Source: Ostreococcus lucimarinus (taxonomy: Eukaryota). From it: 64,000 nt of DNA. The translations under genes were made by a program, and so were the position numbers. Numbering within the stretch: the stretch's first letter is position 1; every line of letters begins with the position of its first letter. Of this stretch, positions 51,189 to 61,381 are shown in pieces. The notes under the pieces were generated by a model. That model did no database searches, had not been told where the DNA came from, and saw nothing but the letters and a program-made list of their open reading frames with translations. The stretch lies in NCBI GenBank assembly GCA_000092065.1, contig CP000588.1; one strand, given 5' to 3'.

Positions 51189-51518
51189 AGCCGTAGTCCT
51201 CGCCTCCGGTCTCCGTCCGGGGTTGTACTCATACGTAGCGAATCCTTTGCCCGGCTCGCCCGACACCCGATTTCGATGCCCCGAGGCGATCGCGTCCGGT
51301 CGGCGTATCGCCGGCACTTTGGCACACACACCCGGTGTCGCGACGCGGTGACGTCGAGACACCGAACCGGTCCGGTCGCGCGCGTCGCGAACGCGATCGT
51401 CTTCTCGCGCGCGCGCGGTCGTCGCGGTCGCGCGCGCGACGACGACCGCGTCCGCGCGCGCGCGATCGATCGGTCGTAACCGTATCGCGGATACGATTCG
51501 AGGCGATTTCGTGGGACG

Positions 51519-52229
51519 ATGACGCGCGCGTCGACGCGTCGAAGCGCGAGCGCGGGAGAAGCGAGCGAAGACGCGAAGACAAAGATAATCGCGCGCGACG
51601 GCGAAGTTGAGGGTAAAGCGGACGCGGAACCGAGCGCGAAGGGTGGCGACGGCGACGACGAAGCGAAACAAGATGGAGGCGACGAGAGCGACGCGGACGA
51701 GCAGACATCGAGTGAGGAGACCGTGGAGGAGCTGGAAGCGCGCATGAAAACGACGAGTGACGAATCGTTACTGGGCGAGTTGCTCGCTATGGAGAAACAC
51801 GCGTTCGATCCCGTGAACAATTTGCTCAACCGCGCGCAGTTCGACGAGTTGCTCGATTTGCAGACGGATTCTGAGCCGACTTTTATGGAGGAAATCGTGG
51901 AGATGTATTGCGACGATTCGCAAACCATGCTGGACGAACTGAAAGAGATTTTGAACGATGAAGAAAAGAGAACGACGGAAGGTTTCGATACGGCGCGCGC
52001 AACCTTGCACAAGCTCCGCGGGGCGTCCTCGACGCTCGGCGCTGAGGGGATCCAACACACGTGCGAATCGCTCCGAGAGGCCATCGTGGCAGAAGCGCGG
52101 GACGCGCTGAGCAAAGGACCGGGGTCATTAGAAGAGCTCGAGAATCGCTTGAATGAGCTGAAAAACTTCCTTAAGAGGTACACGTGCATTGGTCGAGAGT
52201 GCGCCTCGCGCAAGCTCTCGCGCAAGTAG
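51519..52229 (+). CDS. histidine-containing phosphotransfer (HPt) domain protein with acidic N-terminal extension
   Basis: The HPt motif ATLHKLRGASSTLGAEGIQHTCESLRE (HKLKGSS-type) contains the phospho-accepting His. The N-terminal D/E-rich region is about 120 aa. Confidence 0.7.
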   Translation: MTRASTRRSASAGEASEDAKTKIIARDGEVEGKADAEPSAKGGDGDDEAKQDGGDESDADEQTSSEETVEELEARMKTTSDESLLGELLAMEKHAFDPVNNLLNRAQFDELLDLQTDSEPTFMEEIVEMYCDDSQTMLDELKEILNDEEKRTTEGFDTARATLHKLRGASSTLGAEGIQHTCESLREAIVAEARDALSKGPGSLEELENRLNELKNFLKRYTCIGRECASRKLSRK

Positions 52230-52409
52230 AGCCGACTGTAGGAAGCCACTTTTCATCCCTGTGTACATGTTATAATACAAGCTCTCGCGTTCGCTCTCGC
52301 CGTAAGTTGTCCTCATTAACGTGCACTAACGCGCCTAAACCGCCTGAAACCGCCTGATCCGCCTAAACTGCCTGAACCGCCTTATCCTTGAGCGTCGCCT
52401 CCATGTTCA

Positions 52410-54629
52410 TTAACGAAACGTCGGCGCCTGCGTAGAGGTCGCCGCTTCGAACACTATTCTCGGCGCAAGCTCTTTGAATGGATCGCTCTCGCGTTCGCGC
52501 AACAGATACTGTATACCGCCTTCAACTTCACCGTATACTCGCTCGTAAATCGCCTTGACGCGCTCTTCGTCATCCAAATCCGCTCCACTCACGTCAATAG
52601 GCGCCATGAAACGAAAGTAGAAGCGCTCAGGGGCTTTGGGTACGACGACAGGCTGGATGAATAACTCCTCTTCTCCCGCGTCCGCGGTGACGCGAGTGTC
52701 GACGGCGCGCGCCTTCGGAACGCTTTGCGAGCGTTTACGGACGGAATCGCCCACGATAGGGTTATTCATCAAGTCGTTGGCGTCGGCGACGATGTCGATG
52801 GAGTCCTCGGCGCCGATCGCCGCGAACGGGACGATTATCGCGTCGTGCTTGATTGCCATGCGAATGAACTCTGGCTTGGAAGGCCAAAAGAGTTTGTACT
52901 TTTCGTTTTTTCGTTTGAACGCTTCGCGAACGCCACCCGGAAAGAGCAACACGGCCTCGCCTTGTTTTAGTAGGCGAAACAACGCGAAGCCACTGACGGG
53001 CACGGCGCCGAAAGACGTGAATGATGACCCGCCGCCGACAATATTCATCGCGCGCCGCGGGGGCTTCGGCTCTCGACGCGGCAGTAACGGTTCCACGGGC
53101 GTGTTCTTCACAGCGTCACGAAGCGTATCTTCGAACGAGCGCGGTGCGTCTTCGCCGCCGAATCCATCGCCACCGCCTTCGCGCGACACCACAGGATGCG
53201 CCAAGCCGCGAAGGCAGACGTCGTATTCACGCAAGAATTCATCTACTAGAAATCCGAGATCCGGCGCCATCGTTTGGTGGTTCCCAACTAGCAAGATCGG
53301 TCGCGAACCACGTTGGCGTATTGGTACCGCGCTGAGACCGCGCACAATTTTCCCATCCGGTCGCGTGCTAAAAAACACCGGTGACGTCAGCGCTCGCAAA
53401 CCTGCGAGACTTTCGCGAGCGCGTTCGATGTCCGCCGGCGACGGTGGATCAAACTTTGCGTCACGCGTCATCACCGGCGCATCTGCACGCTTTGGAACGA
53501 ACCCATTTCGACGCGCGATGGTCATTACATTGACCCCCGGCTCCTGAAGTGCCGCGTGCGACGCACCTTTCAATACCTCGACTTTGGCGCGGGGCAAAAA
53601 CTTCCTGAGACGTTCGCTCTCGGCCAAACTCGGTATCAGATTATCGTTCTCACTTGCGATGACGAGCGTGGGCACGTCAATCGCTGTCAGCTTGGCGTAA
53701 TCATCGCTGTTCAAGTATTCACATCCCATGCGAAGGACTTTATCCAATCGATGTGCGAGCGTCTCGCGCGGGATGATTTCGGCCAGCGCGCCAAGCGCCG
53801 GTAGCAATCCGGCGAGCTCTTCCACCCCCGCCGCGATGGTTGTCAACGGATCGTCCGACACCGCGGACGACATGACTTTATCCATCATACCGCGTGCCAT
53901 GCGTACGGGATCGATCAGCACCGGCGTCAGCGCGTACGGCACGGCGCCCCACAATTCGCTCGGGACGTTCGGCAGCAACGGGCCGAGCGCCGGCCACGCG
54001 CTTCGATCGAACGAACTCGCGGGATTGACCAAAATCAAGCGCGTGATCAAATCTGGACGCTCACTTGCGACGCACAAAGACAGCATACCACCCATCGACT
54101 CTCCGATGAGATAGACGTCCTCGTTCTCACCGTTCGCGCGCGCCGCCGCGACGTGCGTGTCCAAGTAAGCCGTCGTCGCTTTCACTAAATCGAAAACGTC
54201 ACCACGATCGCCCGCGGGCACGTTCAGCGCGATGAGATTGAATTCATCGGCGATGTACTCAAACTGCGACGCCGCGCTGAATCCAGTGCCGTCTAATCCC
54301 GGCAAGTACACCGCTAACGGCGCGTCGCCGCGTCTCGCGCCGCCGCGCGTCACCAACGGACTGAACATCCTCGGCGGTCCATCGGCGCCGCGCAGGATCT
54401 CTCGCATCGTCACCCTTCGCGCGTCGGCGTCATCGCGCGCGTCTCCACGCCCCATGGACGACGCCAGACGCATGAACACATCGCTCGACGACGACGATGT
54501 CGACGACGATGTCGATGTCGATGTCGACGCGCGCGTCGTCGTCTTCGCGCGCGTCGACGTCTGGCTCGTCGCGCGCGCGCGCGTCGCGCGCGACGGTGGT
54601 GATGCCACCCCACGCATCGCGCTCGCCAT
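52410..54629 (-). CDS. phytyl-ester-synthase-like bifunctional protein: alpha/beta-hydrolase (esterase/lipase) domain + DGAT-type acyltransferase domain
   Basis: The internal ATG at ~54629 (MASAMRGVASPPS…) is followed by a Ser/Thr-rich transit-like region. The hydrolase domain has LAVYLPGLDGTG and the nucleophile elbow GESMGG. The acyltransferase part has PILLVGNHQ, LLFPGGVREA and IVPFAAIGAED. The architecture matches plant PES1/PES2. Confidence 0.7.
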   Translation of the reverse strand: MASAMRGVASPPSRATRARATSQTSTRAKTTTRASTSTSTSSSTSSSSSDVFMRLASSMGRGDARDDADARRVTMREILRGADGPPRMFSPLVTRGGARRGDAPLAVYLPGLDGTGFSAASQFEYIADEFNLIALNVPAGDRGDVFDLVKATTAYLDTHVAAARANGENEDVYLIGESMGGMLSLCVASERPDLITRLILVNPASSFDRSAWPALGPLLPNVPSELWGAVPYALTPVLIDPVRMARGMMDKVMSSAVSDDPLTTIAAGVEELAGLLPALGALAEIIPRETLAHRLDKVLRMGCEYLNSDDYAKLTAIDVPTLVIASENDNLIPSLAESERLRKFLPRAKVEVLKGASHAALQEPGVNVMTIARRNGFVPKRADAPVMTRDAKFDPPSPADIERARESLAGLRALTSPVFFSTRPDGKIVRGLSAVPIRQRGSRPILLVGNHQTMAPDLGFLVDEFLREYDVCLRGLAHPVVSREGGGDGFGGEDAPRSFEDTLRDAVKNTPVEPLLPRREPKPPRRAMNIVGGGSSFTSFGAVPVSGFALFRLLKQGEAVLLFPGGVREAFKRKNEKYKLFWPSKPEFIRMAIKHDAIIVPFAAIGAEDSIDIVADANDLMNNPIVGDSVRKRSQSVPKARAVDTRVTADAGEEELFIQPVVVPKAPERFYFRFMAPIDVSGADLDDEERVKAIYERVYGEVEGGIQYLLRERESDPFKELAPRIVFEAATSTQAPTFR

Positions 54630-54774
54630 CGTCGCCTCGCGCGTCGTCGCGCGCCTTCGAGTCGCCGTCGAGTTGTGGCGCGGCGTCGACGTCACGCCGC
54701 GGCCATCGCGATGGCGCTCGCGTCGTCCGTCGCGCGCGGCGGCACAGCGACGCGACGTGGGCGGCGTTCGATCG

Positions 54775-55725
54775 ATGTCGTCGAACGCGACGCGCGCCCT
54801 GCGCGGCACCGCGCGCGCGCGAACGGCGAACGCGCCGCGTCGACGCGCGTCGCGGCGGAGCGCGCGCGCGCCCGTCGCCGTCGCGGCGTCGCTTCGAGAC
54901 GCGAAAGTCGTCGTCGTCGGGGCGAACGGGAAGACTGGCAAGCGATGCGTGGAATATTTACGCGCCAACACCGAGGCGCGAGAGATCGTGGCGTGCACGA
55001 GAAGCGGGACGTACGACGGCGGGGCGTCGGACGAGCGCGTGCGCGGCGCCGAGGCAAACGTGGCCACGGCGAGCGTGGCGGAGCTGAGCAACGCGTTCTC
55101 GGGCGCGAAGGCGGTCGTGTTCGCGGCGTCGCAGTCGCAGAATGGAGGCGATGCATCGCGCGTCGATCGGGACGGTGTCATCACGTGCGCGCGCGCGTGC
55201 TTGCGCGCGGGCGTGGAAAGGTTCGTCATCGTCTCCTCGGGCGCGGTGTCAAAGCCGGCGTCGCCCGTGTACATCTTCCTCAACTTATTCGGCGGCATCA
55301 TGAGGAATAAGATTTTGGGCGAAGACGCCGTGCGCGCGCTTTATTTCGACCGGCCGGGGCAGTTTTACACCGTCGTGCGCCCGGGAGGTCTTTCGGAAGA
55401 CCCCGCGCGCGGCGTCGGCGCGCTCGAGCTCAACCAAGGCGACGAAATCTCCGGGCGCATCTCTCGCGAAGACGTCGCGGCGATTTGCATCGAGTCCATC
55501 ACTCGCGATGATGCAGCGAACGCGACGTTTGAATGTTACAACTCGGACGCGGCGAAGCCGCTCGGTGAGGTTGGATTGAGTAACATGATGAAGGCGACGT
55601 CTGCGGACGGCGACGTCGAGAAGACGGGAAAAGAACGACGCGGCGCGACGTGGGATGAAATCTTTGCCGATTTAGCCGCTGACGTCCCGGGGGCAAAGCA
55701 ACAAGGCGAGGGTTTCACGTTGTAA
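54775..55725 (+). CDS. NmrA-like / atypical SDR NAD(P)-binding Rossmann-fold protein
   Basis: ATG is at 54775 (MSSNATRAL…). A transit-like region precedes VVVVGANGKTGKRCVEY (GxxGxxG), followed by …VIVSSGAV…. The gene is divergent from the PES-like gene, about 145 bp apart. Confidence 0.6.
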   Translation: MSSNATRALRGTARARTANAPRRRASRRSARAPVAVAASLRDAKVVVVGANGKTGKRCVEYLRANTEAREIVACTRSGTYDGGASDERVRGAEANVATASVAELSNAFSGAKAVVFAASQSQNGGDASRVDRDGVITCARACLRAGVERFVIVSSGAVSKPASPVYIFLNLFGGIMRNKILGEDAVRALYFDRPGQFYTVVRPGGLSEDPARGVGALELNQGDEISGRISREDVAAICIESITRDDAANATFECYNSDAAKPLGEVGLSNMMKATSADGDVEKTGKERRGATWDEIFADLAADVPGAKQQGEGFTL

Positions 55726-55852
55726 CGTAATCACGCGTCTGAACAGCGCGCGACCACTCCTTTCACAATCGAACGTCGCCATCGCCGCCAACGTCGTTCG
55801 TGGCTCCCAAAAACCGAGGCCCCATTGAGACGCGCGCGCGCGTCCGCTCGCC

Positions 55853-57814
55853 ATGTCGCGCTCCAACGTGCGCACGCTGGTGCGAGAATTCGCGAAACAC
55901 GACGCCAGGTTCTCTACGACCGCGCGCGAAACCGCGGATGCGGCCGCACACGGCGCCGCGAACGCGGGCTCGACGTCATCGACGTCCGCGATCCGAGCTC
56001 TGGCCGCCACGACGTTTGCGGCGGTCGTGAGCGTGCCCACGGCCATGTGCGCGCCGTTCGGGTTGGGGGGGAAAAAGGAAAGCTCTCCACCGAGCGATCA
56101 AAAGTTTGAAAGCGAAATCAAGGCGTCGCGAAGCAATAAGAGTGGCGCCAACGCGGCGTTCGACCCCGAGGCTCTGGAGCGAGGCGCCAAGGCGCTCAGA
56201 GAAATCAACCAGTCCCCGTACGCGACGAAAGTGTTGGAGCTCTCGCGCACGCAAGAACAAACGAAACAAAGTGAACTTCGTGCGCGCGAGGCAGAGGCGG
56301 CGGCGGCGGCGGCGGCGCACGCCACGGAACGCGAAAAGGTGATGTGGAGTGAACAATCGCGCGTGGAGAAGGAGCGGTCGCAGCAACAGGCGCAGTTGAA
56401 GCAATACGACGACGAGCTTGCGAGAAAGAGAATGGCGACCGAGCACGAGCAGCGCAGGCAACGGAACGCGGAAATGGTCAAGCTGCAAGAAGAGGGCGTG
56501 GAAAGACAAGAGGCTATCAAGAGGGCGACGGAGGAGAAGATTCAGCGCGAACGCCGAGAGACCGAGCGGTACCGCGCCGAGCTTGAACGCGAAAACTTGC
56601 GAGCGAAGGCAATCGCAGAAGCCGAAGGTCGCATCGCGGAGAACAGAAAGAATGAAGACGTGATTCGTCGACAGATGATTGCCAAAGTGACGGCGGAGAC
56701 GGACAAGGCCGTGAAGCTCGTCAACGAGACGCTCGGCTTGATCGGCGGCGGATTCAACTCCATCCTCGGCGACCGCGACCGCATGATGATGTTCGTCGGA
56801 AGCGCCACCGCACTCGCCGCGGGCGTGTATGCATCGCGTGAGGGCGCTCGATTCGGCTTTAGGCAACTCGAAAAGTACATCGGACAGCCTTCTTTGATTC
56901 GCGAGACATCTCGCGGGTCGTTTTGGAAGCCTAAACCAGCAGCTGCCGCGTCCACTGCGGCGGCTCCGGCGCAAGCGAACGGAATATTGGGCGACGTCGT
57001 CCTCGGAAACAAGCTGCAAGAGCGCGTGCAACGTTTGGCGGTGTCGACGGCGAACACGAAGAAGCACTCAGCGCCGTTTCGAAACATCCTCTTCCACGGC
57101 CCTCCGGGTACGGGCAAGACGATGGCGGCCAAACGTCTCGCTCGGTACAGCGGCTTGGACTACGCGGTGATGACGGGCGGTGATGTTGCTCCCCTCGGCG
57201 CTAACGCCGTGACGAAGCTCCACGAAATGTTTGACTGGGCGTCCACCAGTCGTAAAGGTTTGCTCTTGTTCATCGACGAAGCCGACGCCTTCTTGGCGAA
57301 ACGGGGGAGTGACGTCGCCGGTACGGAATCTCGCGCCGCGCTCAACGCGCTGTTGTACCGCACTGGTGAGATGAACCGCGACGTGGCTTTGGTTTTAGCG
57401 ACGAATCGACCGGAGGATTTGGACAAAGCGGTCCTTGACCGCATGGACGAGTCCGTTGAAATCGGCTTGCCGGATCTCGAAGCGCGAAAGCGAATGGTGA
57501 AATTATATTTCGACAAGCTCATCGTCCGAGGTGCGGACGCCGGCGACGATAAACCTGCGAAATCTTTCTTCGGCGGCTTGTTCCGCAGAAGCCTTCCCGA
57601 GCGCCCCATCGAGGTGAAGGATGTCACTGACGCCGACCTGGACGCCGGCGCGGCAAAGACGGAAGGTCTCAGCGGTCGTGAAATTTCAAAGCTCATGGCG
57701 AGCGTTCAAGCGGCGGCGCACGGATCGTCCGACGGCGCGTGCACGAAAGCCATGCTCGAGGAAGTCACGACGACGAAGCTTGCAGAGAACAAGACGAAAG
57801 CGAAGTGGGGGTAA
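55853..57814 (+). CDS. ATAD3: ATAD3-like mitochondrial AAA+ ATPase (N-terminal coiled coil, TM, C-terminal AAA domain)
   Basis: 653-aa ORF. The coiled coil (EQTKQSELRAREAEAAAA…) precedes a TM-like segment MMMFVGSATALAAGVYA. The AAA domain has Walker A ILFHGPPGTGKTMAAKRLA, Walker B LLFIDEADAFL and the SRH segment ATNRPEDLDKAVLDRMD. Confidence 0.85.
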   Translation: MSRSNVRTLVREFAKHDARFSTTARETADAAAHGAANAGSTSSTSAIRALAATTFAAVVSVPTAMCAPFGLGGKKESSPPSDQKFESEIKASRSNKSGANAAFDPEALERGAKALREINQSPYATKVLELSRTQEQTKQSELRAREAEAAAAAAAHATEREKVMWSEQSRVEKERSQQQAQLKQYDDELARKRMATEHEQRRQRNAEMVKLQEEGVERQEAIKRATEEKIQRERRETERYRAELERENLRAKAIAEAEGRIAENRKNEDVIRRQMIAKVTAETDKAVKLVNETLGLIGGGFNSILGDRDRMMMFVGSATALAAGVYASREGARFGFRQLEKYIGQPSLIRETSRGSFWKPKPAAAASTAAAPAQANGILGDVVLGNKLQERVQRLAVSTANTKKHSAPFRNILFHGPPGTGKTMAAKRLARYSGLDYAVMTGGDVAPLGANAVTKLHEMFDWASTSRKGLLLFIDEADAFLAKRGSDVAGTESRAALNALLYRTGEMNRDVALVLATNRPEDLDKAVLDRMDESVEIGLPDLEARKRMVKLYFDKLIVRGADAGDDKPAKSFFGGLFRRSLPERPIEVKDVTDADLDAGAAKTEGLSGREISKLMASVQAAAHGSSDGACTKAMLEEVTTTKLAENKTKAKWG

Positions 57815-57890
57815 ATAACTTCTTAGCGAGATCTAGGGAAATTTAGCGGTAAACCGTATTGAGTACTCATCACTATGTGCGGTGCAAGAA

Positions 57891-58796
57891 TCACTCCGAC
57901 GTAGCGTGAATAATATCGCTCCCGTCCGCGTTGCATCGCTTCAGTAGTCGCCCAAACTCGGGATGCAGCGTCAGCATCCATCCCGCGACGCCGTCCTCGC
58001 GCAGCTCGATCCAATCCCCGCGGCGCGCGCGCGCGCGAACTAGTCGATCCTCGTGCATTCGACCGATGATTTCGGATTTCACCGACGCCGATGCTCGCAC
58101 GGGAACGAACGGTCCGTGCGCAACGCGATACAAGTATCCTTCGTTCCTGAGCGGAAGCGCGGTGTGGTCGACGTCGATCACCGCTTCGGCGCTCGCCAGA
58201 CGCATCGTCGTCGGCGGCAGTTCGCACCCGCTCGCGTGTTCGAGTAGAGTTCCGTGCTCGGGATGATTTGTCAGCATCCATCCCGCGCTACCGTTCACGT
58301 TTTCGCCGCTCGCGTCGTCTCCCGCGAGTTCAAGCCACCCATCGCTCGTGAGCGACACGCCGAGTACGCGCGCGCTCGGCGCCGCGAAGCCCAACACGGC
58401 GCTATCGATGTGCGGCTGCGCTCGCACGGGTACGGGACGTGAATACACCACCGCGTACCACGCGACGAGTTTACCGCGCTCGAGTCTATTGACACGCAAG
58501 TGCCACGTCCCTTCGTGTCCCGCGAGCGCCGCTTCAATCCTTCCCACATCATCACTCCCAGCTCGCTCCGCCGTCGACGTCGTCGTCGTCGTTTCTCCGC
58601 GCGCGCCCGGGACGACGACGACGTCGCGCACGGCGTCTATTTCCCGCGTCAATCCTTCGACGTCCAGCGCCACCATCGTCACACCCACGCGATCGACAGT
58701 GCGCGCCGAACGATTTCGCCTCGAAAAAACGCCTTCGGAAACGCTCGCCGCGGCGACGCGTCGTGTGCGCGTTGTAACACCTTCCACCTTCCTCAT
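57891..58796 (-). CDS. hypothetical protein with two internal ~100-aa repeats (…GWMLTNHPEHGTLLE / …GWMLTLHPEFGRLLKR)
   Basis: Track ORF 57891–58952. The likely start is an internal Met (~58796, MRKVEG…), which avoids overlap with the next gene's ATG at 58861. The repeat pattern Y.V…VR..S…G…W.EL……GWML..HPE.G.LL occurs twice. Confidence 0.35.
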   Translation of the reverse strand: MRKVEGVTTRTRRVAAASVSEGVFSRRNRSARTVDRVGVTMVALDVEGLTREIDAVRDVVVVPGARGETTTTTSTAERAGSDDVGRIEAALAGHEGTWHLRVNRLERGKLVAWYAVVYSRPVPVRAQPHIDSAVLGFAAPSARVLGVSLTSDGWLELAGDDASGENVNGSAGWMLTNHPEHGTLLEHASGCELPPTTMRLASAEAVIDVDHTALPLRNEGYLYRVAHGPFVPVRASASVKSEIIGRMHEDRLVRARARRGDWIELREDGVAGWMLTLHPEFGRLLKRCNADGSDIIHATSE

Positions 58797-58860
58797 CGGA
58801 CCGCGCGCGATGGGCGAGCGCGCGAGCGCGCGAGTTCGGCGACGACGACACGCGTGGACG

Positions 58861-59925
58861 ATGAAGAGCGCAATCGCGTGCGTCGGCGCGTGCGCGTCGA
58901 TCGCCGCGCTCGCGCGCGGTGCGGACGCGCGCGCGCATCGAGCCGACAACAACGGCGCGAAGATTTTATACGCCCACGCACCGGCGAGCGAATCGTTCGA
59001 ACGCGACGTCGAACGCTTGCGGTGCTACGCCGCGGTGGCGAAGGCGAGTGGGCGAACGCTGGTGCTCGTGGACGCGGACGCGGAGGCGGCGCGCGGTGAA
59101 CGGCGAGACCGCCGGCGACCGGCGACGGACTACGTGGTACCAGCAGCGAACGGAGGGCTCGCGCCGTGGCGACGCTGGCGCGAAGGAGACGATAAACGCG
59201 CGAAGAGTGGGAACGTGCGATGGTGCGCGCAAGTCGAGCACGGGACGACGATGGAGGCGTCGCGAGCTGTTGAAGAGCGATTTCGCGGCGCGCGCGCGGC
59301 GTGCGTAGCGTTTCAAACCGTCGATAGAAGTTGTGGTGCGGATGACGTGGACATGGTATTGACGTCGAAAGTAGACTTCATGGCGACTTTGCCGAGGGAG
59401 TTAGAAGGTCTGGTCAAGTCTGGAGTGGTGCGCGAAAGCGTCCTGGCGCCAGCGTTGGGGGGAGCGTCCGCGGCGCAGTCGCGGCTAGCGATCGTCGAAG
59501 AACGAATCGCCGAGCGCGTGGCGGCGCGCATAGAAGAGCGTCACCAAACACATTCGCACATCCATGCAGACCAGGATGTCAACCACACCGCACTGCTCGC
59601 TGCGAGCGAGCCAGAGGCCCAGAACGGCGACAAAGCTGCGACGCAAGGAATTCCCGAGTCAAAGGTCTTGACGACTGCGGCGCGGCGCACGAACGGTTCA
59701 GGTCGCAAGATTGATACCTCGCGCGCGCTCGTTCTGTTCGCGGCAGCGGTCGGGGTCGTGGGATTCTTCGTGAATAGTTTTGGGTTCGCTAAACAGGCAT
59801 CAAAGCGGGACGAGCTCGCCGCGCTCATGCTCGACCCGTCGGCTTCTTTCGGCGCGTCGCGCAAGAAAAAAGTAGTTCAGAAAGAAGAAGCGTCACCGGA
59901 AGTCGCAGTGGCGGTTGAGAGTTAG
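58861..59925 (+). CDS. hypothetical secretory-pathway protein (signal peptide + C-terminal TM)
   Basis: ATG at 58861 gives MKSAIACVGACASIAALARGADA, which looks like a signal peptide. The C-terminal TM is ALVLFAAAVGVVGFFVNSF. The earlier part of track ORF 58348–59925 is low-complexity. Confidence 0.4.
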   Translation: MKSAIACVGACASIAALARGADARAHRADNNGAKILYAHAPASESFERDVERLRCYAAVAKASGRTLVLVDADAEAARGERRDRRRPATDYVVPAANGGLAPWRRWREGDDKRAKSGNVRWCAQVEHGTTMEASRAVEERFRGARAACVAFQTVDRSCGADDVDMVLTSKVDFMATLPRELEGLVKSGVVRESVLAPALGGASAAQSRLAIVEERIAERVAARIEERHQTHSHIHADQDVNHTALLAASEPEAQNGDKAATQGIPESKVLTTAARRTNGSGRKIDTSRALVLFAAAVGVVGFFVNSFGFAKQASKRDELAALMLDPSASFGASRKKKVVQKEEASPEVAVAVES

Positions 59926-60073
59926 AGATTAGCACATAGAACATTTAGGTACACCTTGCGCCAACCAACGTCACCTATAAATCCTGCTGTTTGTTTTCGC
60001 TTCTGTGCTTTTGCAACGTCTACTCTATTTTCCTACGCGATTTCATATGCTGACTACTCATCTACGGTATGAC

Positions 60074-61221
60074 TCACCAACGTCTCTGCGTGCCACTGCC
60101 ACCGCCGCTCCAACCGCCTCTGCCTCTTCCGCCTCCGCCGCTATACTTTGCGTACTTTGACGTTCTGCCACCGCCGCCGCGCCAGCTACCACCTGAACCG
60201 ATGCTGAACGTCTGAGGCGCGCGCGAAAAGTCCAACGATGTTCCTGGACCGCCGCGCGTGTTGTTCTTACTCGGACATTCGCGAGCGATGTGACCGCGTT
60301 GGCCGCAATGAAAACACGCAAAATCAGGTGCGGCACCACCACCGAAGCCTCGCCTCGAGTGCGCGCACGCAGTATCGAGATGGCCGTCGCCGCCGCATCG
60401 ACAGCAACTCGGTAGTCCAGGAGGTAAAGAGTCTTGCGGCGCGCAGCAAAGGTGTCCCTTGGACCCACACACGTAACAGTGAATCTGCGCAAGATCGCTC
60501 GCGTCGAATCTGTACACGCAATCAGCGACCACGTGACCGGATTTTCCACACCTCAGACAACATCGCTCTTGAGCGTCTCGGCCGGAACCACGCGCGTACG
60601 GACAGTCGCGGCTCTGGTGCCCTGGGGTGAGACAGTTGAAACACAAGCCGTGTGGACAGTCGCGCGCGATGTGAGATTTGTATCCGCACAAATGACACGC
60701 TTTCTTCTTCGCCGGAAGCTCGCACTCGGCCTCGCGATGCCCACCTTGACCGCAGCGGAAGCAACGCAGCGCCGCAGCTTCGTAATCATCGTCAAAGTAC
60801 CGCGGTTGCCGTAATATGTTGCGCACCTCCTCATTTTCCTGGTCGTCCGCCGTCGTCGCCGCCTCACCATAATCGCTCTGCGGTTTCGCGTCTTTCGCCT
60901 CGCCGTCGCTTCCTCGCGCAATTTCCCCGTCTTCAGTAACATCGTCGTTCGCCTTCTTCGTCTTCTTCATCTTCTTCGCCGTCTCGCTCGCGCGCGGCTT
61001 CTCAAGCGTGGGAGACATATCCTCGGTCGCTTGCGTCGTCGTCGTCGCGCCTGCCGTCGTCGTCGTCGCTCTCTTTTTCGGTCGTTTCGCCTTTTTCACC
61101 GTCGTGCGCTTGACGTCCGTCGCGCCAGCGCCGTCGTCGCGTCGCGGCCCGTCGTCGTCGTCCCCGATCGACTTTCGCTTCTTCTTCCCCGCCTGTCCCA
61201 TCGTGTCGAAAGCCGAGCCGA
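60074..61221 (-). CDS. CCHC zinc-knuckle protein (about 7 knuckles, CNBP/Air1-Air2-like) with K-rich N-terminus and RGG C-terminus
   Basis: ATG is at ~61221 (MGQAGKKKRKS). The knuckles are CFRCGQGGHREAEC, CHLCGYKSHIARDC, CFNCLTPGHQSRDC, CLRCGKSGHVVADC, CYVCGSKGHLC, CCRCGGDGHLDTAC and CFHCGQRGHIAREC. The protein ends in a GGRGRGGWSGGG tail. Confidence 0.75.
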
Positions 61222-61338
61222 ACGACGCGGTGGTCGCCCCGTCGGCGTGTGAAGGCAAGAGCGCGAACGAGCGCGAACGAGTGCGAACCCGCATACGACG
61301 ACGGGGCGACCGCGTGCACGCCGACTGACGCGAAAGCG

Positions 61339-61339
61339 A

Positions 61340-61381
<42 letters not shown>

